From Fimicolochytrium jonesii (taxonomy: Eukaryota): DNA of 64,000 nt. Of this stretch, positions 1 through 12,672 are shown in pieces (position 1 is the first letter of the stretch; the number at the start of each line of letters is the position of its first letter). Made by a program: the position numbers and the translations under genes. The stretch lies in contig NW_026515668.1 in NCBI RefSeq assembly GCF_025526975.1, positions 186,001-250,000 of the forward strand, in the 5' to 3' direction. Below the pieces are notes generated by a model. The model ran no database searches and was not told where the DNA came from. It saw only the letters and a list, made by a program, of their open reading frames with translations.

Positions 1-1091
1 CCAGAGCCCTGGTGCTCCCGGGGTCGGCGATCGTGGTCACCCGCACAAAGAACGCCCGCGAGGAGATTGCGGAGGTCGTCGACGATCGTGCAAGTCGCGC
101 GGCTCGGAGGGGGTGAGCGCTCACTCTACGTATCCGGCAAATCTTTCTATACAGAAGTGGGTTTGCGGTTTTTGCTGTTCTCGCTGCGAGAGGCGCTCGG
201 ACAGCGAAGTGAGTCCGTGAGAAGCGGTTTGATTTCGGGGAGAGGGTCCTCGTCCAGCGCCTTGCTGGGTATTTCTGTTGACACTAGGGAATGCTTGTAT
301 CATTTGAGCATTTTTGGGCCAATAGCGTTTTGTTTATTACGCGTTTTGGTTGGGGTGGTTTGTCACCCTCCACGCACTCCCGTGAACCGAGATGCTAGTA
401 TTGTAATGCAGGGAGGCGTCCAAGTGTCGTTTCTCTTGGACACTGTCTGCGAAAACGGGATGAAGACCCAGGGCCAAGGTGGTTTCCGAGCAAGGCAGGG
501 TGAAGTTGCTGACTTTGAGAAAGCGGGTTTGAGACAGAAAAGGGGACCCAATCCGGTTGCCGTGATATTGACATTGGAACACTTGGGGGACAGATGTCGA
601 AATCCGCCATTCTCCAAGTTGCTGCTACGGTCACGCGTCGGCCTCATTCTCCGCCGTTCGGACTTGCTATTTGGCCAGCGTACGGAAAGCTTGGCATCAA
701 CAGCAGACATTCCAGGCTACCAGATGAATCCTGAGCCCGGGATTGCGCGCCCTTTGTCGATGTCCGTGACGGAAGAAAATATGTAAACGAGGGTGTGGTG
801 GCGATCGCACCAAAATGGTAGATGACAGGGCTTCAACTCCCACTGGTACTTTGTGAAAGAACGCATGTGATTAACCGTAAGCAAATGACCCGCTTTATGT
901 TAAACTCTCAAAGTTACAAATCATCGCTCCAACCAGAAAGAATACATGTAAAAACGAAGGAGGGTGATTTGCTCAGACAATAGAGACGACCATATATAGA
1001 AAGTCTGTTTTCCGATCTCACGAATTGTCCAGCCCCCTCCTCCCATAGCTCACGCCCGCCAGCAGAAACGAGAGCGGTCAGATCAAACTAT

Positions 1092-3200
1092 CTATACCCG
1101 AATCTCCTCTTGCAAGGTATTGTTGCTCCCCTTACGCTTCAGACTGCTCTCACTGCCCGACTTGCGCACGACCGCCGCCTCACTCGGGATCTCACGACCC
1201 TGCAGCTTGGCGAGGATCCCGCTGCTGATCAGCACAAAGTCCTTGCGGCCGTCCCACAGCGGTAACAGCCCGACGGAGAGGAAGGCAAAGAACGCCCACA
1301 CGATCGAGGTGACGACCCACCCCCGGAAGAACTTTTCGCTAAACACGTAGTCGCGGTACAGCGAGAGCGGCCAGATGAGCATAAACACCGCAAAGATGAT
1401 GATGGACGCGACCGACGCGACAATCAACCACTTGTGCAGGTTTTCCTTGCCGTATGCGTCGTTCTGCTCGATCTCCTGGATCTCCTTCTCGTCGACGTTG
1501 CCATTGCGCCGGGACTCCCACACGCTGTCGAACTTGAAGTCGCCGGGGGAGAAGATGGATCCCAGTGTGCAGACGATCAACCCGAGGCCGATGGCCCCCG
1601 CGAACGCGTAGATGCAGGCAGTGGGGTTGGAGAGGGAGGTGACTGTGAGACCCTCGGCGCTGTAGTGGTTACCGAGCACGAGCCAGATGATCAGGCCGAC
1701 GAAAAAGTTGCCCCAGATGGCCGCCGCGGCCCAGTTGGGTGTACGCTCGACCCAGAAGGAGAAGATCATTTGAGGCAGCGCGGCGCAGGACCAGACGCCC
1801 GTCATGTTGTACAGCAGGCCGAGGTCGACGCCGACGCCGTGCAGGAGTGACGCAAAGGCCGCGGTGAAAAGCGTGAAGGCGACGACGGCGTAGTGCTGCG
1901 TGCGAAGGATGTCGTCGGGCTTGGCGGCGCGGTTTATGTAGGTCTTGTAGATGTCGTAGCCGCTGATCGATGACACCGCAATCAGTTGCGCGGAGATGGC
2001 GGAGGTGGCACTCATGAACATGAGCAGGAGGACGGCGACGGATCCACCGGTGCCGAGGATGGCGTTGGCGGCGTACGGGAGAACGAGACCGGCGGAGACC
2101 TCGGATGGCGACATGCGGTTGGGGTAGGTTGGGAACGCAGGCGAGGTTTGTTCAAGAGCGAGAGCGACGAGACCAGCGGTGGTAGCGAGCGCCCATGGGA
2201 TGGAGAACCAACTGAGGGAGCCGAGGATGTATCCCGGCACGACGGCGCTTGGGGCGGCAGCGATGGCCTTTTGCGAGAACGATGCATCGTTGAAGACCAC
2301 CCCGGTGTACTCGAGGAAGGACAGCCAGCCGAACTGGATCGCGCCGCGGGACTTGAGGGTGAGGTAGCTCCCGGCAAAGTTCTCGGACGGGTTGCGTTCC
2401 GCGGCTTGCTGAAGGAGCTCCCACATGCGCGCTGGGCTGCCGATAAGGTCGCTGGTCGCGTAGGTGGTGATGGCGAGGATGAACAGAATGACCAGGATGA
2501 TCACCGTGTGCAGGTAGTCGGCGAGAATCGTGCCGCGCAGACCGGTACCGAGCGTGTAGGCAGCGACGGCGATGGGCAACAGGAACAACGAGGCGTAGAT
2601 GCTGACGCCAGTGATGGAGTTGATGGCCGCTGCGGCGCCGATGAGCACGCTGGAGCAGACAAGGATGTTGGTGGCCAGGGCGAAGAACATGAAGGTCAAG
2701 TGGCCGAAGGTTCCGTATCTTCTACGCAGGAGCTCGAGGTGCGTGTGGAGGTGAGGGACTTTCTGCTTCATGCGGATGGCCATGAGCGCGAAGAGAGTGA
2801 CTTGAGACATATTGCCGGCACCGTAGACTGGTGAGATGGAGGAAGATGGATTCACGGCATTAGGGAAGTTGAACGTTGGAAGTCGATACTACACCGCGAC
2901 ATGGCATGAAGGATTGATCAACTTACTGAGGGCACCAGCAGCTCCATACGAATAAGCGACCGAACAACTACTGAGCAACGTCACCGACCATGTCCATCCG
3001 GAGACAGCGCCCGCCGCCGTCAGACCAACACCCAAACTGCGACTAGCGACAGCGTATTCAGCCGACGATTTCCTCACGTTTCCAAACTTGTGAAGCGAGT
3101 GCGAGAGACCGACAACGATGATGGCGAAGAAGGCGCCGAGCCCGATCAGGACCCCGTAGCCGGTGCCTTGGCTCAAGGGAGGCTCGCCTACCGAGGACAT
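1092..3200 (-). CDS. DUR3: Urea/polyamine active transporter (sodium:solute symporter family)
   Basis: N-terminus PPLSQGTGYGVLIGLG and SGWTWS motif; intron 2926-2828 (GTAAGT...CAG) joins to a ~580 aa multi-TM exon containing TFGHLTF, GLRGTILADYLHT, EVSAGLVLP, SSISGYDIYKTYIN. Confidence 0.93.
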
Positions 3201-4943
3201 CTTGCTGGGTGATGAAGCGTATGTAGGATAGGTTTATGAACGGGCGTCGGACCGTGCGAAAGATGATTGACCTTGAATGTGGGATGCTAGTGATGTACGT
3301 GGGAAGATGCGATGCTTTTGAACCTTGAAGAGTGGGATGAATCGGCAAAGAACAAGACGAAAGAGAAAGGCGGGAATAGGCAAGCTCGGAGGAGCAGGAC
3401 TTTGTTTGTTGTCCGTGATGGGGAAACAAGGAAAGGCCCTGAAAGCGGGCAGGAGGTATTTGTAGCTGACGACCCTCGCTGCGAAAACACAACGGCTCCG
3501 ACGGAAAGGAGATCTGCTGCAGATCGTATGAAATGGCCGATTGAGTTTCCCTGTTCCTACTGAAAGGAGAGAGTTGCGCAGACTCATAGGATGTCTGGCG
3601 AGAAACACCGCATGCGAGGGCCATTTTCCCAGTCATGAAGGACGGTGGAGATGCAAGTAGGAGCCCTGCCTTATCGCCAGGAGATGCATGTTTTAGGGAT
3701 TCCCAATGGAACTGCATTGCGTGCTTTGGCGGACTCTCAAAAGACAAATGGAGGCGAGACAGCACCAAATCCAAGACGGAATACAAATGGGAGATAGACC
3801 CATGTTCCAGGCCCCAACTCCTCCGTCGTCCTCGCCTCTTGAACGGGAAGGGATTGGCATATGCCTGGCAGAGATAGTTGGTCGTCGTCGTAGTACTGCA
3901 TGAATGGTTATGGAATGGATGTTGGGAAAAGACAGCTTGGGATAGGGTGTCATCAGAATGGGGGTGGATTGCGTGCTTTGGGACTTTCACGCGACATGTG
4001 CGAGGGAGGGAGATGGAGGAGACCCTTACATAGGAGAGGATCGATAGGGCAATTAGGGTGGATGTTGTTAAGCATCGCGCATTTTGATTAGACTCTCTTA
4101 ATAGAATGGACATCACGAGAGGAGGGAAACATCAAGGCAAGCCACGGGAGCCGCTGATGTGCAAGTTAGCCTTGATTTTGCCAGGATCGCCCTGTTTCCT
4201 AATTGCCGCACATTGAAACAGTGGGAACCGGAGACGGCATGCTGATTTAGAGTCAGTGCGCGCGGTAACACCGGCCACCGGAACGCGTGAATCATCACAA
4301 TTGCGTGCTTTCCCGTCCTCTCCTTCCCAAAATAATACCTACCCACACGAGGCCGTGATCGAGCAACAAACCCCACATCCACATCCACATGCAACATTGC
4401 AACGGACACCAGTTGCACAACATGGGCGGGAAAGGCGTTATGTGCCACGGACGCACTGCGTTCGACTCCAATTTTCAAAGGTCCCTGGGTGTGAAACTGT
4501 GGAGGCGCCGGCGGAAGATGTTGATGGTTATCGCATCTCCACAGTCATGGCCCCATGTTCGAGCTCATTTTGGTGGACTCTCGTCTCACGAGCGATACGG
4601 CGGAGTCGGAGCGGTGCTGATTGAGCCGATCCAGGCCTTCCGCCCTTGTCACATGTGATTATCTCTGTGGAACGTCGCTGGGAGACTAGGAGGATTGTAC
4701 GGCAATTTCCGCATTCGGAGCGCTCGGGGCATCAATTCAGGACCGGATCGCGCCATAGTTGCCGCCCAAGAGTCATCTTGACTTGAGGCTAGGAATAACG
4801 GGGTGCTACATAAAAAGTACACTTCGGCGGTGAAGCGTCGTGCTGCTCTTCAAAAGACTATCGTTTGAGTCCATCGCCGAACAACATCGCAACTTCCCAT
4901 CCACTTTTTGCCACCGTCACAACTCCATACAGTCCTTCCAAAG

Positions 4944-6393
4944 ATGGTCGACCCCATTGCCAGCGAGGCCTCATCCGCCTACGACGCTCACCACAAACAG
5001 TTCACCTCCGAAGGCCTCCCCAAAAACGCCGCCGGCTGGCTCTCGCGCGCCCAAAAGGTCTCCGAAATCGTCGCCACCACCGCAGCCCAACGCGACCTGG
5101 ACAACACCTCTCCCACCGCTGAAGTCCTCCTCCTTAAGTCCTCCGGCCTGACAAAGATCCTCGGACCCGTCCAGTACGGCGGAGGCGGCCAGGAATGGGA
5201 TGTCGCTTACAAGGTCATTAGGGAGGTCGCGAAGGGTGATGGATCCATTGGAATGCTCTTGGGTTACCATCTTTTGTGGAGCACTACTGCGAACGTTGTT
5301 GGGACCGAAGAGCAGAAGGAGAGGATTCAGAAGAATATTATTGAGAACAACTGGTTCATTGGAGGTAAGCAGTTGATTTTCCCACGGCCACTTTTCTGAA
5401 CTCGTTCTCTCAGAAGGTGCATGCGCTAACGCCTACGTTGTCCACATCAGGTGCCGTCAACCCCCGCGACGCTGATCTAGTTATCACCCCCGAAGGTGAC
5501 GAACTCGTCTTCAACGGCTTCAAGCACTTCAACACCGGCGGCGTCGTCTCCGACGTGACATGGCTCGAAGGCGCTATCGACGGCCACAAGGAACACATCT
5601 TTGCCCTCGTCCCATCCAGCCAGCTTACGTTTGCTTACAACTGGGACAGCGTCGGTCTGCGAGGTTCCGAATCCGGCTCTGTGAGAATACAGAATGTTCG
5701 TGTGGCCTGGGCTGACGCGTTGGGATGGGATGCTAAAACTCAGAAGCCTATTGAGGCTGTTTTGGGGATTCCGTATGCTTCTCTGTTGCTTCCAACGTAA
5801 GTTTACTCTCTGTTGGGCCTTGTCGGCGTGCATCAGTTGACTCGAATTCATTCACTGACTCTCTTTTCCCACCCATATGTAGCATTCAAAATGTCTTCAA
5901 CAACTTCTACGTCGGCATCGCCCTCGGCGCCCTCGACTGGGCCCGCGCTTACACCCTCAAATTCACCCGCCCGTGGCCCTACACCGACGACCCCAAATCC
6001 AAAGCCCAAGACGAATTCCACATCCTCCAAAAATTCGGCTCCTTCCACGCCCACCTCGCCGCCGCCTCCGCCCTCGCCGACGTCGCAAGCACTGAGATCG
6101 CCGACCTCTACCGCGCCCACTCCCAAAACCGCGACGTCGACGCCCGGAAGCGTGGCGAGGTCGCGGAGACCATCGCGAGCCTCAAGATCGTTGCGACGGA
6201 TACCAGTTTGAGGGTCACCAGCGGCATCTTTGAGATTGTTGGCGCGAGGGCGACGGGGAGGAAGGCGAATGCGGATAGGTTCTGGAGGGATATCAGGACT
6301 CATACCCTGCATGACCCCGTGGCGTACAAGGAGAGGGAGGTGGGACGTTATGCTTTGCTCGGCGAGATTCCGGAGCCTACCTGGTACACGTAA
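4944..6393 (+). CDS. DszC/SfnB-like flavin-dependent monooxygenase (acyl-CoA dehydrogenase fold)
   Basis: Three exons (4944-5364, 5451-5796, 5883-6393) with canonical splice sites; motifs GDGSIGMLLGYHLLW, GAVNPRD, KHFNTGG, GLRGSESG, DRFWRDIRTHTLHDPVAYK, PEPTWYT. Confidence 0.88.
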
Positions 6394-7435
6394 ATAGTTG
6401 GGCGGGCTCATCTTGTACACGGTTTATTCGGCTTCTCCTCGGTTGTGGTGTAGAGCAGCATAGCTGGCGCAGGATACGCTCAGCGCGACGACGGGTTTCT
6501 CATGCATTGTACCTACTTTTGAAAAATGGCATCTTCACTTACCTTGCATGATGAAGCACGCTCTTGGCGTTGGGTATGTCGGCTCAAGGGCCTCATGACT
6601 TGTTACGATTGCCATCACCGGTCCTGCAAAACGCTCGTCGGGAGCGAAACCACGTCAGGGAAAGTAATCGTGTCTGTCACAGAAATAGTAATGTCGCACC
6701 ACTTTCTTCCTGCCAACCCAGACCATACCAGATTCATACCTCGGCACGAAGGGCCAACCAGCCATATGAATGACTACCAGAGTTCTAGATCTAGACCGGA
6801 GGGGCATCGCAGCACCATCACAAGCGCGGGCGATTTCCGATCACAGCTTGGAAACCAGACAGTGGACAGTACAGTGGGGGTCCCGAAGTAACTGGGTGGG
6901 AAATGAACGAAACGCTTCTTCGGACATTCCATCACAATCCGCTCTCCATGACGATAATAGTGCCAGAAATCCTAAACCAACATCTCGATCTTTGCCACTA
7001 TCCGTGAACGCCACCCCGTCCGTCCGTCATCTTCCTCCTCGAAAACCAACCCCGGTAAGCAAACCTCAGCTCAACCGCCACTGCGTCGTGCGTCACTGGC
7101 CCACATTCCTAACACTATCTCCTCCGCTGGCAGCCCATTCAAAGCCCGCGCCCTCCTCTACAACTCACGCTAGACGCCGCACAGGATTTCGTCATGAGCT
7201 CTAGTCGGTGGCACGCGAGCTGTGGACGACGCCATGTGTTGCTGAGCTGCGGGTGGTGAATTTCATAGAAGAAAAGGATGTGGATTGGACGGCTTGGAGG
7301 GTCGCCCGCCGCTTGCCCGATTGGCAACACGCTTACCCGTTGCCACCCACCCTGCTGCTTGTGCTGAGTGTGCCTGATCGTTCCTCAATTGTCCAAAATT
7401 GTCTTGCAAATTGTCAAACCCATTAGTTCGCATCT

Positions 7436-8425
7436 ATGAGCCACCTCACCATCCGCAACCCCAATAACACCAAGCTGGCAGTGGTGTATGTCGGCCGGGA
7501 GTCCACAGATTATGTCAAAAAGGGCGATGTCCTGACATACCTCTCCATCCTCACGGGCACGCCCCTTCCCGTCCTTACCGAGCATTACATCCTCCAAAAA
7601 GGCATAAAGCCGTCCGGCACAACAGCTGCCACCGGTGACTTACGTTCCGGTCACCATGTCATCTTCCCGAAATCTCCGAGCCATCCTCAACTTCAACCTG
7701 TCGGAGGACCATCTCCCACCCTTTTCCCACCGAAAAAGCCGTCGTCGAAACCCCCGAGCCAAACCGACCTAACCACCGCTGTCGGAGCTCTCTCGCTGGA
7801 AGACGCAACCAGGGAGGATGAGTCCGACCCCACTCCGGAAGAGGTGCAACGATACGCCATGTTCACGCTTTCTCTCGCCCTCCGGGACCGACGCTGTGTG
7901 GTGACAGGAAACGCACATCCCAACCTCTTGGTCGGCGCCCACATCATCCCCCACAGCTGGAAGCGACGTCAATACATCGGGCTTCCGCAAGAGATCACGG
8001 AGGTGCTCTCACTGGGTTACGAGGAGATGGGCGTGAACGATTTTCGCAACGGTGCCTTGATGGACTCGGCTGTCCACACTGCATTTGGCTTGCAGTACTG
8101 GTCGGTCGTGTGGGAGGATACTACAAAGAAATGGCGCGTAGTGGCGATGTCGAAGGAGGTCCCGGCTGGGTTGGTGGGCAAATACCTATTGAGCCCAGAC
8201 CCAGGTGTGGCAGCCGACGGGGGGAGCTACGAGGACTCATTCATCAACCCTGAATTCCTAGAGTATCACTTCAAAACGGCGGTACTAAGACGTATGAAAG
8301 GGGGAGGGGAAATAGATGACTTGGGGGACAAGCCTACGCAAGATGTAATCAAGGTTTGGTCGGATGACCAGACCTTTGCTAGATACGTCGCATCGGGCGG
8401 GGATTGGTCAGAAGCGGTGGAATGA
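7436..8425 (+). CDS. HNH endonuclease-domain protein (HNH_2 / Crinkler-type)
   Basis: Intronless 329 aa ORF with RDRRCVVTG...AHIIP...NGALM...H..F signature and LEYHFKTAVLRRMKGGG C-terminal motif. Confidence 0.8.
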   Translation: MSHLTIRNPNNTKLAVVYVGRESTDYVKKGDVLTYLSILTGTPLPVLTEHYILQKGIKPSGTTAATGDLRSGHHVIFPKSPSHPQLQPVGGPSPTLFPPKKPSSKPPSQTDLTTAVGALSLEDATREDESDPTPEEVQRYAMFTLSLALRDRRCVVTGNAHPNLLVGAHIIPHSWKRRQYIGLPQEITEVLSLGYEEMGVNDFRNGALMDSAVHTAFGLQYWSVVWEDTTKKWRVVAMSKEVPAGLVGKYLLSPDPGVAADGGSYEDSFINPEFLEYHFKTAVLRRMKGGGEIDDLGDKPTQDVIKVWSDDQTFARYVASGGDWSEAVE

Positions 8426-8967
8426 GATGGAGAGTGTGATGGTGATTTATATAGTGTGTATACGTGTACAGCTTTAATCGAGAATGACCATGGGATGCGC
8501 TTTGCCGAGACCGCTGAATTTTGAGTTGACCTTCTCGCGAAGGCTTCACGAACCAACCGACGCCGAGAGTTTGATTGTGGTTTGATTGCATGCTCAGCAT
8601 CCCCCATTCTGTGTTGCCAGAAAGTGCTGCTGCGTGCTGCTGATCAGCAAGTCGTAGGATTATGGGTAGGTCCTTAGAACTGAGACTCTATATTCCTTCT
8701 TATTAGGTCGCACCCATCGTGGCATAGATTTTTAGATTCTTTCGACGCCCGTTCATTTGGAGCGGGAGCGCACCATCATATATACATAATTTACATCACA
8801 CCAAAGGTTCATCACAATCCCACCACATCCCTACGCCGTGCCTTGAGTTCCGCTTCTTGTGAGGCCCTTGTTCTTGAGATGGCGGTTGGTGGAGGGGAAT
8901 ATCGCGGGATCTTCAAGTTTGTTCTGCATGTTCACGGGCGAGTACGCTTCCGGAGTGTGAAAAAGAT

Positions 8968-10384
8968 TCACACAGAAGAACTCTGAAACTTCCTCAACTC
9001 CTGCAACTCAAGGATCGTTGCCAGGAGCGTGTTGTCGTCTAGATCATCTCTATCCAGACTGCCAAAGGAAGAATCATGATCAAAACGTATTCAAAGCTTT
9101 ATCCAAGTGGATGTGGGAGCGCTATTTACCTAGGCACCAGCGCTCTCGCCTCCTCGACAGTTTCGATGTTCAGGTTGGCGAGGAGAGCGCCTTCGAAAGG
9201 ATAATATCGGGAGTTATCGTATGCGCTGCATGAGAGAAAAGCGAGTTATGGATGCGTGTTTGACGACAACATGGCGGCCCGGGTGAGTGAAAGTGGAAGA
9301 CACGTACTGTTTCATATGCCGCACGGTGTTGGAGTCGTTGACGTTGCCGAAGCGGGCGCAGTAGGCTATGGTTTTGGAGAGGATTCTGCACGGCCGCCGT
9401 GATGAGTGTTAGGTGAAAGCGGACGAAGGAAACACTTCAGATGCACGAGCAGTCGGTCCATCTCAAAAATGAACATCTCCAACAGATCCGTCCTCGGATG
9501 TCAACAAGCGACGGAAGGCAGATATCACTTACTCGTTATGCGGCCGCTCGATCCCAGACTGCATTTGTTCGTCACGCTGCCGTTCCAGGAGCGCCGAGAC
9601 TTCGGGTATGAGGAGACAATCTGCACCGTCGAAATCTTTTCATGTAGTAGGAATATTAGCTTTCGGTGGGTTCAATACATTAGTTTCGTAGCTTGTTAAA
9701 TGTTGGACAGGTCGAGACCTCCCCCACAGCCCCCTCCGTGCTCCACCGTTGCCTTCAACTCCCGTGTTCGCCAAAATCTCCGGGAGTATTGTGTCTTTGG
9801 CGCAATGGACGATGGCTTCGCTTCCAATTCAAATCGAACCTTCCATATCGCAGACCTTTGCTTTGCTCGGGCGACTTGTGCGGGGAATCCATCGCAAATA
9901 AAGCCCAAGGCTCGTTCAGGTATGTGGCTGCCACTCGAGCAATTTGAGCTCCCTATCTCTCGCACATAGAACCAACGCTTCCATATAATACATCTCGCTG
10001 TTGTTCGGATCGTTCATGCTCGCGATCTTTCGCAGATAGAGCTCGACGCCCGCTTCGCCGGCCTCGCTATATCTCGGACACGGTGCTATCGGCAACAGGG
10101 TGCAACGCTTGTTACACCCAGAGCCCCATGCTCCCTACGCTCGCAGAACTTATCCCGCAGCACCATATCCCTCCGCCCCTCCCACCAAACACCATACTCC
10201 TCAGCCTTCCCGCCCGCAAAGACGCACCTGCCCCAAGTTTAGCCCTCGAAGCGTCGATCTCATCCTCCGCCTGGCGCACACGTGGCGGAATCAGTCGTCG
10301 GGGTGGTTGGTAGATACTCGGGATCCCTTCGTTGCCGTACGTGGTTCCGTTCGGAGCCGTGCCGTTTTCGGCGTCGGTCGCCAT
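8968..10384 (-). CDS. RPB4: RNA polymerase II subunit RPB4
   Basis: Five exons (10384-10228, 9635-9533, 9385-9308, 9225-9130, 9058-8968) splice to EDEIDASRAKLGADFDGADCLLIPEV...ILSKTIAYCARF...PFEGALLANLNIETVEEARALVPSL...LQELRKF; not captured as one ORF by the track. Confidence 0.92.
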
Positions 10385-10828
10385 TCTCTGTAGTGGGGGG
10401 AAAGATGGGAGGTCAGTTTGTGTCCCCTCCTGGCGTTCTGGAGTTCCGTAAGTGTATGGAAAGGGAGTGCCGTACTTTTGCGTCCTTTGAGGTGGTAACT
10501 GGCTTAGCGTTAGTGTGGGGATGTAAGCTGCGGACGAAAATAAAGCATGTTTGGAGTCTTCAAGTCCATACCTCAGAGCGCACATAATACATACGTCTTC
10601 GGCAAGCGCGTCGCTGTCGATTTTTTGACCCGTCATTTTTGTGCCCACCTGTGATCTTCCCTTTGTTGACTATGTTCCTGATAAAACTCCGTAGAAAAAA
10701 TGTCTATCCTTGATTTTCTTGCTGGATCTGATTCACACACCTCAGGTCCATGCTCAGCGCAGACACAACAAGTTGCGCAGAATGTGGGGGTAAAATAAAT
10801 ACTTTATTTAACAACGGTTCGAAAATAG

Positions 10829-10904
10829 CGCCAATACAAAAGGGAAAAGGGAAAACAACGCCAATACAAAAGGGAACGAAAGGGAACGCCAATACAAAAG
10901 GGAA
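10829..10904. repeat. Three copies of the 17-bp unit CGCCAATACAAAAGGGA
   Basis: Exact copies start at 10829, 10859 and 10887. Confidence 0.9.
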
Positions 10905-11474
10905 CGAGGTATCGCAAGAAGAAAAACAAGAAATATAGAGAGAGACCTTCCGCTCCTCCATCAACGGCGGAACACCAGCAATTGCCGTGGAGTGACAGCA
11001 GTCGCTATCGAAAAAAAAAATCGACGCTTTCGAGGGAGAAAAACAACCGCCACTCTTGCGTGGGGGAGAGGGCATTGCGGATCGGGGAAGGCGATTGGTT
11101 TCTTGCTTCACCGTGTGAGCACAGTGGGTCCCTTGGTCAAGGGTAAAAAGAGCAATATGGAATGTCTCCAGCACACGGTGGAGTCCTGGACTCCGCGGAA
11201 GTCGCTTCGTGGCTGGAGATAGGACAGGAAAGGTGAGGTTTGCTTCATGTCGGTTCCTGCGTGGACTATTCCACAATTGAGCGTGGTGGGACCAGTGAGG
11301 ACTGTGATGGCTGCGGTGTTGGTGGCGATGGGATCAAGGCCACTAAAGATAGGGAGAGACCTTCTAGATGGGGTGTGCGGGACATCGACTGCTGCAGGAT
11401 CAAGTAAGAGAAGTGCACGTTAATTGAGGGGTTCAAACTTGCTACGAATAAATGTACACAAATCAACAAACCTA

Positions 11475-12375
11475 TCAGCATCGCTGTTTATTGCGTGGGG
11501 GAGAGGGCATTGTGGATGAGGGAGGGCGATCGGGCGTGGGGGCAAACGCGGCGGCGATGGTGGGGGCGAACGCGGTGCCGATGATGGGGGCGGCGGCGGC
11601 GGCGATCGTGGCAGCACGCCAGAAGATCGGGGCGGTGCCCGCGTTTGCGGGCGGTCCAAAATCAAGCACCCTCGCAATTTCGTCGTCCTCCTCCTCATCA
11701 TCCCCATCATCCTCATCACCCCCATCATCCTCGACAGCGGCGCGCGTAGCGTTCAGCCAATCGACGAGTCGGTCCTTCTTCTCGCCGCCCTCGACCTCAG
11801 AGGAGCCACCTCCACCAAATCTTGCCCACCTGGCTGCCAACGAAAACAGAGCCCCCACCGAATTTTGCCCACTTGGCAGAGCCAACGAGAAAAGATCCCT
11901 CTTCTTGCCGACCTCGTCGGAGAAGCCACCTCCACCGAATTTTGCCCACTTGCAAGCCAACGAGAAAAGATCGGCCTCCTCATCACTAACCCCCCACGTC
12001 GTCGTCCTCATCTTCCTCGTGTTCGGTGATGGTCAGTGTGAAGCGCGCCTTGAAGTCGTTTTGGCTGTGAAAAATACATGGGTAGGGCGGAGTCACAGCG
12101 GAACACCCTCGGTCATGATAAATTGCACCATGAAGTCGTTTTCGCTGTCTCCCGCCACGAAAAATACCATGGGTCGGGCGGAGTCACAGGGGAACACCAC
12201 CTTCTCCTGCCAGCGGCATTCGTCCGTGCCCCAATTAGAGAGCGTCTCGACAGTCTCCGATGCCGTCCGCCGCACAAAGCGGGGGGTCGAGGTTGCGATA
12301 GGTTGCGATACATATCGCTAGGTGATCATTGACGCAAGCATTGATGTGCGCGTGCGAGAAACCGTCATCGGCCTC
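11475..12375 (-). pseudogene. Decayed copy B of an orphan intronless gene, with internal duplications
   Basis: Translates with frameshifts to DDGFSHAHIN...PRFVRR...QEKVVFPCDSARPMVFF...FKARFTLTITEHEEDEDDD...LFSLA repeats; homologous to 12673-13501. Confidence 0.6.
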
Positions 12376-12672
12376 AGTCATCGACCGCATCCTCGGGCCC
12401 TACTTCCCCACTCAGAGGTTCACACGTTCATTCTCTCCGCTCATGGCTCACAAATCTAAAGAGTTTCACAAGGTAGAGACCTGGGAAACCAGTCGGAATC
12501 TGCATACCAAGACAGACAAAAAAGCATACTCACGCTGCCGTTGTTCGGTTGAGAGAAAGAGAGCAGAAGAGTACGTATAATGTGGTTGCGATTGCGCGTC
12601 AAGAGAAGGGTTTGTGCGGCGCTTCGAACGGATGTGGCAGCCTTATAAAGGTTCGAACGTGGGAGAAACAGG

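Noticed and set aside
67..786. 239-aa ORF at window start
   Set aside because: Non-ATG start, no motifs; likely intergenic or UTR
3058..4116. 352-aa minus-strand ORF upstream of DUR3
   Set aside because: No recognisable domain or codon bias; overlaps the DUR3 start out of frame; probably promoter/UTR
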